Shown here piece by piece: positions 12,520 to 23,600 of a DNA stretch of 64,000 nucleotides. The notes under the pieces were generated by a model, which was not told the origin of the DNA, did not search any database, and was given only the letters and a program-made list of their open reading frames with translations. Origin of the DNA: Mobula hypostoma. Lineage: Eukaryota. The translations under genes were made by a program, and so were the position numbers. Location of the stretch: assembly GCF_963921235.1 (NCBI RefSeq), contig NC_086097.1, positions 252,342,001 to 252,406,000 of the forward strand, read 5' to 3'. The first letter of the stretch is position 1. Every line of letters begins with the position of its first letter.

Positions 12520-12890
12520 GCAGAGGGTGAATCTCCAGAAATTGTTGCCACAGGCGGCTGTGTGAGGAGGCCAAGTCACTGGGTATATTTAAAATGGAGG
12601 TTGGTAGGTTCTTGACGAATCAGGGTGTCAAAAGTTACAGAGGGAAGGCAGGAGAATGGGTTTGAAAGGGATAATAAATCATCAATGATTAAAATCACGG
12701 AGCAGACTCGATGGGCTGAATGGCCCAATTTTGCTCCTATGTCTTATGGTCTTGGAGAATGTAGGAGATTTGGAGGTGATCCCATCACTGTGAGTAAAAT
12801 CATGAGGGAGATAGATTGGGTGAATGTGTTCAGTCTTTTGCCCAGAATTGGGGAATCAGGAACCAGAGGGAACAGGTTAGGTGAGGGGGG
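12520..12890 (+). mobile_element. CR1 3'-end fragments
   Basis: The CR1 tail GCAGACTCGATGGGCTGAATGGCC..CCTATGTCTTATGGTCTT is present, followed by a further RT C-terminal piece. Confidence 0.75.
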
Positions 12891-13384
12891 AGAGATTTCA
12901 GAGGACTTATCAACAAACACTTACCTATACAGAGCACCCAAAGTGGCAGGACAAAACAGACACTAAACATAAAAACAGTAGAAATACTTCTCTAAAATGT
13001 GCCCCTGGGTCCTCAGCACTGCAGCACACCTCCACTGTAAATATCTATCTAAAGTGTGCCCCTGAGCCCATGGGTTCTCTACACTGCAGAACATCTCGAC
13101 TGTAAATACTTATCCAAAGTGTGCTCTTGGGCCCCTGGGTCCTCGGCACTGCAGAACACCTCCACTGTTTCCTGCTTCCATGGAACTGGTCCACGGCGAC
13201 TCGAGAGCGAAAAGATATCACGTGGTTTCTGCGTGCTTGATTTAAACCCTACCAGCGCTGTGATGTCATCAGGTAATTACCCTACCAGTGCTGTGATGTC
13301 ATCAAGTAATTACCCTATTAACATGTATGTCTTCGTGATATGAGAGGAGGAAACGTGTGGAGTCACGGGGAGATGTACAAACTC

Positions 13385-15612
13385 CCAAGGAACACATCTG
13401 GTGCGGACGGAGTACCAGGCTGATTACTGTATTCCCGTGCCGCACTCTTGCTCTGGCAGTGTCTGGTACCCACCTGCTTCAAGTAGGCTTCAAACGTACT
13501 GATGTCCAAGAAGAGTGTGATAACCTGTCTAAATGACTATCACCCAGTGGCACTTACGTCCACAGTGATGGAGTGTTTTGAGAGGCTGCTGTTGAAGCTT
13601 ACTGGTGCCTGTCTGAGTGGCGACTTGGATCTGCTTCATCTTGCCTACCGAAGCAACAGGTCCACAGCAGATGCCATCTCATTGGCTCTTCACACAACCC
13701 TGCAACAACTGGACAGCAAAGGTGCATAACTCAAGATGCTCTTTATCAATTACAACTTGACATTTAACACCATCATCCCCTCAAAACTAATCAATAAACT
13801 CCAAGACCTGGGCCTCAATACCCCCTGTACAATTGGATCCTGGATTTTCCCACTTGTAGATCACTGTCAGTTTGGATTCGCCAAGACATCTCCTCACCAT
13901 CTCCATCAGCACAGGAACACCGCAGGGATGTATACTTAGCCCCTGCCTGCTTGCTTTACACCTCTGACTGTCTGGCTAAATGCAGCTCCAACATCATATA
14001 CAAGTTTGCTGATGACACCTCTGTTGTGGGCCGTATCAAAGGTGGTGATGAATCAACATACAGGGGGAGATTGAAAATTTGGCTGAGTGGTGTAATAACA
14101 ACAACCTCTCACTCAATATCAGTAAGAGCAGGAACTGATAGTAGACGTCAGGAGAGGGAAACCAGATGTCCTTGAACTAGTGATCATCAGAGGATCGGAG
14201 GTGGAGAGGGCCAGTAACTTTAAATTCCTGGATGTCACTATCTCAGAAGACCTGTTCTGGACCCATTAGATGAGATTAGTTTCTGAGGACACTCAGTCCT
14301 CGTTTATTGTCATTTAGAAATGCATGCATTAAAAAATGATACAATGTTCCTCCAGTATGATATCACAGAAACACAGGACAGGCCAAGACTAAAACTGACA
14401 AAAACCACATAATTATAACATATGGTTACAACAGTGCAAAGCAATACCGTAATTTGATAAAGAACAGACCGTGGGCACGGTAAAAAAAAGTCTCAAAGTC
14501 CCGATAGCCCCAACATCTCACACAGACGGTCGAAGGGAGAAACTCTCTCTGCCATGAACCTCCAGTGCCACAAACTTGCCGATGCAGCATCCTGGAAGCA
14601 CCCGACCGCAGTCCAACTCTGAGTCCGCCTGAAAACTTCGAGCCTCCGACTGGCACTCCGACACCGAGCACCGAGCACCATCTCTGCCGAGCGCTTCGAC
14701 CCCGGCCCCGGCCGCCGAGCAACAAGCAAAGCCGAGGATTCGGGGCAATCTCCTCCGGAGATTTCCGATCACACAGCAGCAGCGGCAGCGAAACAGGGAT
14801 TTCAGAAGTTTCACCATATGTTCCTCCGTGCTCTCATGTCTACCCCCATCAAATCAGAATTGTGCACGGCCTCCTACTTGACAAATAACAGATATTCATC
14901 ACCGGAGTGGCCGCGCGCGCTGCGTCGCGCTGTCATCTCCTCCTCCTCCATTATATAAATGCTGTTGCGAAGAAAGCACAACAGTGCCTCTACTTCCTCA
15001 AGAGCCTGCAGAGATTTGGCAGGTCATTGAAAACCTCGACAAACTTCTATAGAAGTGTAGTGGAGAGTGTGCTGACTGGCTGTATTACAGCCTGGTATGG
15101 GAACACCAATGCCTTTGAAGAAAATCCTATAAAAGGTAGTGGATTCAGCCCAGTACACCAGAGGTCAAGCCCTCCCAATCACTAAACACATCTACATGAA
15201 ACATTGCCATAGAAAAGCAGCTTCCATCATTAAAGATCCTCACCACCCAGGCCATGCTCTTTTCTCACTGCTGCCATCAGGCAGAAGGTACAGGAGCCTC
15301 AGGTCTCGCACCACCAGGTTCAAGAACAGTTACTACCCTTCAACCATTGGGCTCTTGAACAAAAGGGATAACTCCACTCATTCTCTTTCCGGTGTTCCCA
15401 CAACCAATGGTCTCACTTTAAGGACTCTACCTTGTTATAGCATGCTCTAGTTATTTATTGCTATTTATTTGTATTTGCATTTGCACACTTTGTTTTTCAT
15501 TGATCCTGTTCACAGTTACTATTCTAGAAATTTGCTGAGTATGCTGCAGAAAAAGGACCTCAGGGTTGTATGTGGTAACATGCGCTCTGAGAATACATTT
15601 TACTTTGAGCTT
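13385..15612 (+). mobile_element. Rex1/Babar-type LINE fragment, interrupted at 14269-14947
   Basis: Motifs CLNDYHPVALTS, AYRSNRSTADAI, KFADDT, ESVLTGCITAWYG and HPGHALFSLLPSGRRYRS are present. Confidence 0.85.
14269..14947 (-). mobile_element. Non-coding short retroelement (about 680 bp) with a CpG-rich non-tRNA 5' end
   Basis: CCATTA is duplicated at 14263-14268 and 14948-14953. Minus-strand AATAAA lies near the 3' end. It is homologous to 18236-18848. Confidence 0.8.
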
Positions 15613-15632
15613 TGAGATGGATTCAATCTGGG

Positions 15633-15699
15633 TTGAACCCACACCTCCGAAGAGACTGGAGCCTAAATCCAGCGCCTTACACCGCTCGGCGACACTACC
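15633..15699 (-). pseudogene. tRNA-Leu(TAG) pseudogene, 3'-truncated
   Basis: The reverse complement is GGTAGTGTCGCCGAGCGGTGTAAGGCGCTGGATTTAGGCTCCAGTCTCTTCGGAGGTGTGGGTTCAA. The 3' acceptor strand is missing. Confidence 0.85.
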
Positions 15700-15875
15700 A
15701 ACAACACATAGGAAAATGTGAAAATAGTGGAGGCCTGCCAGGTGTTCCAGATGTAGGTGGGAGGGGAATGGACAAGGGGAGTTGAAGTTTGAGGAGGCAG
15801 ATTCTGTGGAGCAGTATACCTGGACACTATACCTGTGTGTGGAGCTTGGGCAGGAGATGTAAGCACCAAGTTTAT

Positions 15876-17335
15876 AGTTTTCAACCTCTCACTGCTACGA
15901 GCAGAAGTTCCCACTTGCTTCAAGAAGGCAACAATTATACCAGTGCCTACGAAGAATAATGTGGGCTGCCTTAATGACTATCACCCACATCAACACTTGG
16001 CACTCACATCGACAGTGAAGAAATGCTTTGAGTTGTTCATGACTAGACTGAACTCCTGCCTCAGCAAGGACCTGGACCCACTGCAATTTGCCTATCGCCA
16101 CAATAGGTCGATGGCAGTTGCAATCTCAATAGCTCTCCATGCAACTTTAGATCACCTCGACAACACAAACACCTCTGTCAGGATGATGTTCATCAATTAT
16201 AGCTCATCATTTAATACCATCAAATCAATCCTGATCGAGAAGTTGCAGAACCTGGGCCTTTGTGCCTTTGTACTTCTCTCTGCAATTGGATCCTTGACTT
16301 CCTAACCGGAAAACCACAATCTGTGCTGACAATCAACACTGGTGCACCTCAGGGATGTGTGCTTAGCCCACTGCTCTACTCTCTGTATACACATGACTGT
16401 GTGGCTAGGCATAGCTCAAACACCATCTATACATTTGCTGATGATACAACCATTGTTGGTAGAATCTCAGGTGGTGACAAGAGGGTGTACAGGAGTGAGA
16501 TATGCCAACTAGTGGAATGGTGTCACAGCAACAACCTGGCACTCAACGTCAGTAAAATGAAAGAGCTGATAGTGGACTTCAGGAAGGGTAAGACTGTACT
16601 TACCAATCCCCAGAAATGGAGAGTGAGCAGTTTCAAATTCCTGGGTGTCAAGATCTCTGAGGATCTAACCTGGTCCCAACATGTCAATGTAGTTATAAAG
16701 AAGGCAAGACAGTGGCTATACTTTATTAGGAGTTTGAAGAGATTTGATATGTCAACAAATACACTCAAAAACTTCTCTAGTTGTACCGAGGAGAGCATTC
16801 TGACAGGCTGCATCACTGTCTGGTATGGAGGGGCTACTGCACAGGACTGAGAGAAGCTGCAGAGGGTTGTAAATCTAGTCAGCTCCATCTTGGGTACTAG
16901 CTTACAAAGTACCCAGGACATCTTTAGGGAGTGGTGTCTCAGAAAGACAGTGTCCATTATTAAGGACCTCCAGCACCCAGGGCATGCCCTTTTCTCACTG
17001 TTACCATCAGGTAGGAGATACAGAAGCCTGAAGGCACACACTCAGCGATTCAGGAACAGCTTCTTCCTCTCTGCCATTTGATTCCTAAATGGACATTGAA
17101 TCCTTGGACACTACCTCGCCTTTTTAATATACAGTACAGTATTTCTGTTTTTGCACAATTTTTAATCTATTCAATAGATGTACACTGTAATTCATTTACT
17201 TGTTTATTTATTTTTAAAATTTTATTTATTATTATTTTTTTCTTTGCTAGATTATGCATCGCATTGAACTGCTGTTGCTACGTTAACAAATTTCACGTCA
17301 CATGCCGGTGTTAATAAACCTGAATCTGATTCTGA
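15876..17335 (+). mobile_element. Rex1/Babar-type LINE, 5'-truncated
   Basis: The RT ORF fragments contain VPTCFKKATIIPVP, DPLQFAYR, GAPQGCVLSPLLY and FADDT. The tail is AATAAACCTGAATCTGATTCTGA. Confidence 0.88.
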
Positions 17336-17672
17336 GTTTTTCATAAATTCTGTTTTATTTCTTTATTTACCTGTAAGAAAATGAACCTAAAGGTAGGAAA
17401 TTGGGTGATTTTTAAAATTTTCTGACCTATTTTTTTTCAACTTTGGCCTTTGAACTCCATAGTGTTCAATGGTAGGCAAGAGTCTGGGGAGTTTTGATTT
17501 TATGTTTTGTTTAGATAGAACACAGTAACGGTCTGACTCAATGAGCCCCTACACTGCCCAGTTACACCCATGCCACCAACAAACCTAGTAACCAATAGGC
17601 CCACAAAGTTACAGGGAGAACATACAAAGATTGCTGGTGTTATCGTGCTGTCTGCTATCGTGATTTGAACAA

Positions 17673-17743
17673 GGGATTTGAACCACTCTTCCGAAGAGAC
17701 TGGAGGTTAAATCCAGCACCTTAGCCCACCCGGCCACAATACT
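17673..17743 (-). pseudogene. Degenerate tRNA-Leu pseudogene
   Basis: The reverse complement is AGTATTGTGGCCGGGTGGGCTAAGGTGCTGGATTTAACCTCCAGTCTCTTCGGAAGAGTGGTTCAAATCCC. Confidence 0.8.
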
Positions 17744-18235
17744 GGCAAATTGGAAGATGTGAAATGGTGGAGGCATGTCAGGTGTTCCAGATGTAGGTGG
17801 GAAGAGAATGGACAAGGGGAGCCAACATATGAGGAGGTAGATTCTGTGGAGCAAGATCAGGCAGAAAGAATCAGTCTATCAGGACAGTCCCATTTGATCA
17901 TCCTGGTAAAAAAAATAGAAGCACCAAGTGCCAGTTTGGTGTTTTATCAGGTTAGAGGCTTTGGGGGGGGGGGCAGAGGTTTCAGAGGAACTTGAAGGCA
18001 ACTTTTCTTTTCAACACAGAGGGCATTATCAATGCGGAATGAGCTGCCGAGGAAGTGGTTGAGGTAGGAACAATAACAACTTCTAAAGACAGTTGGACAG
18101 GTACATAGATTGGAAAGGTTTAGATTAGGGCAAGTTCAAGTCCTGCTTATAGTTATACTGCCAAATGAATCAACGTTCCTCGGGACCAAGATGCAAAACA
18201 CCGTACATATAACTCACACACATTACACGTACGGC

Positions 18236-18848
18236 GGGAGGAGAGAGAGCAGCCCGCCGCGCTTGCGCAGCCCTCCGGTGAAAAATGTTATCGTATCTGT
18301 TAAATAGGGGCCATGGACAATTCTGATTTGATGGAGACAGACGTGAAAGCACAGAGGAACATCTGGAGAAATTTCTGAAACACTCGTTTGCTGCTGTCAT
18401 TACTGTGCGGTCGGGAATCTTCCGGAGGGAAGGCCTCAAAATCCCTGGCTTTGCCTGCTGTTGGCGACCAAGATTGAGGCCGAATTATTCGGACAGAGAT
18501 GGCGCTCAGTACTCGATGTCGGAGAGCTGATTGGAGGCTCGAAGTTTTCGGATGACTCAGAGTCGGATTGTGGCCGGGAGAGTTTTTCTTCCTTCTCCCG
18601 TCTGTGTGAGATGTGGGACATTTAAGAGACTTTGAACTTTTACTGTGCTCATGGACTTCTTCATCAAGTTATGGTATTGTTGCACTGTTGTAACTACAGG
18701 TTATAATTATGTGGTTTTGTTAGTTTTTTCAGTCTTGGTCTGTCCTGTGTTTTGTGATATCACACCGGAGGAAATACTGTATCATTTCTTAATGCTTGCA
18801 TTACTAAATGACAATAAAAGAGGACTGCGCGTCTTCATAATCTAATCC
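18236..18848 (+). mobile_element. Non-coding short retroelement (about 610 bp), same family as 14269-14947
   Basis: It shares the blocks ACAATTCTGATTTGATGG, GGAGGCTCGAAGTTTTC and AAATGACAATAAA, and ends in an ATAATCTAATC tail. Confidence 0.8.
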
Positions 18849-18889
18849 AAAGTACTATTACCACAAATAATATTTGTCGGTAAATAATA

Positions 18890-19175
18890 TTGTCGGTCAG
18901 GGTTGACCTGTCTAGATACTGCAAACCTGGGCAGTACGATATGGAGAACAAGCTGTTGCCCGTGTAGCAAGCTCCACCTCTCCACACATCTGATGAACCC
19001 AAAGGAACCGATATGGCTTAACACCAGCAGCATCACAGGAGTTGCCAGTCAACATTGAAATCAATGGAGGACTGCCTAAGGGACTCCAGCTCCGGATTTT
19101 TTTCCTCGGGGTTTACTCCCGAAGCCTATGTGCGTATGGCAGCAAGGCAGCGGAGGTTTGAGATCAGAGTTTTCG
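18890..19175 (-). mobile_element. RTE-derived non-autonomous element fragment
   Basis: It is the reverse-complement homolog of 29548-29940 (GAAAACTCTGATCTCAAA, GGAGTAAACCC, GACTGGCAACTCCTG). Confidence 0.6.
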
Positions 19176-19189
19176 AGTCAGAAAGTAAA

Positions 19190-19317
19190 CGATAGGTCTT
19201 GGCCTGAAACGTCGACTGTACCTCTTCCTAGAGATGCTGCCTGGCCTGCTGCGTTCACCAGCGACTTTTATGTGTGTTGCTTGAATTTCCAGCATCTGCA
19301 GAATTCCTGTTGTTTGT
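19190..19317 (+). repeat. Penelope-like terminal repeat fragment carrying the 3' half of a hammerhead motif
   Basis: The sequence reads GGCCTGAAACGTCGACTG..GATGCTGCCTGGCCTGCTG..TTCCAGCATCTGCAG. The same repeat caps the PLE at 33406. Confidence 0.7.
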
Positions 19318-19749
19318 TAGTGGCAGAGTTCAGAAGTTTTATAACCTGAGGGATGAAGCTGTTTCCCTCCCGAGCAGTCCTTGTCCCAATGCTAGATACC
19401 TCCTGCTTGATGGTAGCAGTCAAGGAGATTGTTGGTCAAATGGGAGGGATTATTGACAATGCTAAGGGCCCTGCGTACGTAGTGTTCGTGATGGATGCAA
19501 AGGAAAAATGGAACAGCATAGACCAGTCGGGCCGAACGGACGTTTCCGCGGTATGCGGCGCTGCACATGCGTGGATGTGGGTCGATACGAGAAGGTGAGT
19601 AGTGGGAATGACGTTATCCTCACGTGAGGCGGGAGGATTCCCTCACGTGACTTGGGAGGATTCCCTCCCGTTTACGTCGGGCGGTTGGGAATTGCGTGCC
19701 CACGTCGCGGGCGACGCACGGGCGCTCGCCACCCCGATACCGATCCTCT

Positions 19750-19859
19750 CGACGCCATATTGCGAGCCGCCGGGGGAGGAGAAGGAGCCGGAGCCGAGGG
19801 CGAGTTCCCGGGTGGAGCCAGTACGGCAGACAGCGAGCGAGGGCTTGACGAAGTCAATG
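19750..19859 (+). other. PLEKHF2: Probable non-coding first exon of PLEKHF2 (5' boundary uncertain)
   Basis: A GC-rich leader ends at the donor ATG|GTGAGT (GT at 19860-19861). Vertebrate PLEKHF2 has a non-coding first exon and a single coding exon. Confidence 0.6.
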
Positions 19860-19907
19860 GTGAGTTTCCGAGCGAGGGGGCCGTATGTGACTGAAGTGTT
19901 TGAGGTG

Positions 19908-20460
19908 TCGGGGTGTTGTTGGCGGCGGCTCCGGGACAACTCCGGGGCTGTTGCTGGCGGCGGCTCCGGGACATCTCAGGGGGTGTTGGCGGCGGCTCCG
20001 GGACAACTCCGGGGCTGTTGGCGGCGGCTCCGGGACAACTCCGGGGCTGTTGGCGGCGGCTCCGGGACAACTCCGGGGCTGTTGGCGGCGGCTCCGGGAC
20101 AACTCCGGGGCTGTTGCTGGCGGCGGCTCCGGGACATCTCAGGGGGTGTTGGCGGCGGCTCCGGGACAACTCCGGGGCTGTTGGCGGCGGCTCCGGGACA
20201 ACTCCGGGGCTGTTGGCGGCGGCTCCGGGACAACTCCGGGGCTGTTGGCGGCGGCTCCGGGACATCTCAGGGGGTGTTGCTGGCGGCGGCTCCGGGACAA
20301 CTCCGGGGCTGCCGAGATGTTGGCGGCGGCTCCGGGACAACTCCGGGGCTGTTGGCGGCGGCTCCGGGACAACTCCGGGGCTGCCGAGATGTTGGCAGCG
20401 GCTCCGGGACAACTCTGGGGTTGTTGGCGGCTCCGGGGCTGCCGAGATGCTGGCGGCGGC
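19908..20460. repeat. 32-bp GC-rich minisatellite (CCGGGGCTGTTGGCGGCGGCTCCGGGACAACT), about 16-17 copies
   Basis: Directly visible. Variant units recur at a spacing of 163 bp. Confidence 0.95.
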
Positions 20461-20697
20461 GGTTGCTGCTCCGGGCCCCCGGACGCAGGGAGTAACGGCT
20501 GGCATTTCACCGTTTGGGTGGTGAAGAATGGCCGGGGCGGGATCGTTAACGTTGGAGCTCGTGGTGCTTCTGATTCGATTGAACGAATAACAACCGCGCG
20601 GCTGGAGCTGGGCGGCCCCGGACCCTCCCCACATCATCGCCGGTCTCTTCCACTCCTTCCGACTGTCAGTGCTCCCGCTGTCCTGGTTCCTTAACCC

Positions 20698-23600
20698 CAG
20701 TCGTGTCCCCGATACTCCCCACCCTCTCCTGTCACTGTTCCCGTGTCCCCGATACTCCCCACCCTCTCCTGTCACTGTTCCCGTGTCCCCGATACTCCCC
20801 ACCCTCTCCTGTCACTGTTCCCGTGTCCCCGACACTCCCGTCCCTCTCCTGTCACTGTTCCCGTGTCCCCGACACTGCCCACCCTCTCCTGTCACTGTAC
20901 CCCTGTCCCCGACACTCCCTACCCTCTCCTGTCACTGTTCCCGTGTCCCCGATACTCCCCACCCTCTCCTGTCACTGTTCCCGTGTCCCCGATACTCCCC
21001 ACCCTCTCCTGTCACTGTTCCCGTGTCCCCGATACTCCCCACCCTCTCCTGTCACTGTTCCCGTGTCCCCGATACTCCCCACCCTCTCCTGTCACTGTTC
21101 CCGTGTCCCCGATACTCCCCACCCTCTCCTGTCACTGTTCCCGTGTCCCCGACACTCCCGTCCCTCTCCTGTCACTGTTCCCGTGTCCCCGACACTCCCG
21201 TCCCTCTCCTGTCACTGTTCCCGTGTCCCCGACACTCCCGTCCCTCTCCTGTCACTGTTCCCGTGTCCACGACACTGCCCACCCTCTCCTGTCACTGTAC
21301 CCCTGTCCCCGACACTCCCTACCCTCTCCTGTCACTGTACCCCTGTCCCCGACACTCCCTACCCTCTCCTGTCACTGTTCCCGTGTCCCCGACACTGCCC
21401 ACCCTCTCCTGTCACTGTACCCGTGTCCCCGACACTCCCTACCCTCTCCTGTCACTGTACCCCTGTCCCTGACACTGCCCACCCTCTCCTGTCACTGTAC
21501 CCCTGTCCCTGACACTCCCTACCCTCTCCTGTCACTGTACCCGTGTCCCCGACACTCCCTACCCTCTCCTGTCACTGTACCCGTGTCCCCGACACTCCCT
21601 ACCCTCTCCTGTCACTGTACCCCTGTCCCCGACACTCCCTACCATCTCCTGTCACTGTACCCCTGTCCCCGACACTCCCTACCATCTCCTGTCACTGTAC
21701 CCCTATCCCCGACACTCCCTACCCTCTCCTATCACTGTACCCGTGTCCCCGATACTCCCGTCCCTCTCCTGTCACTGTACCCGTGTCCCCGACACTGCCC
21801 ACCCTCTCCTGTCACTGTACCCGTGTCCCCGACACTCCCTACCCTCTCCTGTCACTGTACCCCTGTCCCCGACACTGCCCACCCTCTCCTGTCACTGTAC
21901 CCCTGTCCCCGACACTCCCTACCCTCTCCTGTCACTGTACCCGTGTCCCCGACACTCCCTACCCTCTCCTGTCACTGTACCCCTGTCCCCGACACTCCCT
22001 ACCCTCTCCTGTCACTGTACCCCTATCCCCGACACTCCCGTCCCTCTCCTGTCACTGTACCCGTGTCCCCGATACTCCCGTCCCTCTCCTGTCACTGTAC
22101 CCGTGTCCCCGACACTCCCGTCCCTCTCCTGTCACTGTTCCCGTGTCCCCGATACTCCCGTCCCTCTCCTGTCACTGTACCCGTGTCCCCGACACTCCCG
22201 TCCCTCTCCTGTCACTGTTCCCGTGTCCCCGACACTCCCGTCCCTCTCCTGTCACTGTTTCCGTGTCCCCGACACTGCCCACCCTCTCCTGTCACTGTAC
22301 CCCTGTCCCCGACACTCCCTACCCTCTCCTGTCACTGTACCCGTGTCCCTGACACTGTCCGCCCCTCTCCTGTCACTGCACCCGTGTCCCTGGGCACTGC
22401 CCACTTTCTCCTGTCACTGTACCCGTGTCCCTGACACTCCCTACCCTCTCCTGTCACTGTACCCGTCCCTGGGCACTGCCCACCCTCTCCTGTCACTGTA
22501 CCGGTGTCCCTGGCACTGCCCACCCTCTCCTGTCACTGTACCCGTGTCCCTGGCACTGCCCACCCTCTCCTGTCACTGTACCCGTGTCCCTGGCACTGCC
22601 CACCCTCTCCTGTCACTGTACCCGTGTCCCTGGGCACTGCCCACCCTCTCCTGTCACTGTACCCGTTTCCCTGACGCTCCCTACTCTCTCCTGTCACTGT
22701 ACCCGTTTCCCTGACACTCCCTACTCTCTCCTATCACTGTACCTGTGTCCCCAGGCACTGCCCACCCCTCTCCTGTCACTGTACCCGTGTCCCCGACACT
22801 CCCCACCCTCTCCTGTCACTGTACCCCTGTCCTCGACACTCCCCACCCTCTCCTGTCACTGTACCCCTGTCCTCGACACTCCCCACCCTCTCCTGTCACT
22901 GTACCCGTGTCCCCGACACTCCCCACTCTCTCCTGTCACTGTAGCCGTGTCCCCGGACACTGCCCACCCTCTCCTGTCACTGTACCCGTGTCCCCGGGCA
23001 CTGCCCACCCTCTCCTGTCACTGTACCCGTGTCCCCGGGCACTGCCCACCCTCTCCTGTCACTGTACCCGTGTCCCTGGCACTGCCCACCCTCTCCTGTC
23101 ACTGTACCCGTGTTCCTGGGCACTGCCCACCCTCTCCTGTCACTGTACCCGTCCCTGGGCACTGCCCACCCTCTCCTGTCACTGTACCGGTGTCCCTAGC
23201 ACTGCCCACCCTCTCCTGTCACTGTACCCGTGTCCCTGGCACTGCCCACCCTCTCCTGTCACTGTACCCGTGTCCCTGGGCACTGCCCACCCTCTCCTGT
23301 CACTGTACCCATTTCCCTGACGCTCCCTACTCTCTCCTGTCACTGTACCCGTTTCCCTGACACTCCCTACTCTCTCCTATCACTGTACCTGTGTCCCCAG
23401 GCACTGCCCACCCCTCTCCTGTCACTGTACCCGTGTCCCCGACACTCCCCACCCTCTCCTGTCACTGTACCCCTGTCCTCGACACTCCCCACCCTCTCCT
23501 GTCACTGTACCCCTGTCCTCGACACTCCCCACCCTCTCCTGTCACTGTACCCGTGTCCCCGACACTCCCCACTCTCTCCTGTCACTGTAGCCGTGTCCCC

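Larger units (their letters stand above)
19510..20700 (+). promoter_or_regulatory. CpG island / probable PLEKHF2 promoter
   Basis: This is the only long CpG-dense stretch in the window. It has TCACGTGA at 19620-19627 and 19643-19650, TGACGT at 19609 and YY1-type CGCCATATTG at 19753-19762. Confidence 0.8.

Noticed and set aside
17673..17743. Anticodon-shifted (TAA) functional tRNA-Leu
   Set aside because: The loop change comes with other lesions (altered positions 37-38, a T-stem deletion and no 3' acceptor strand), so this is decay.
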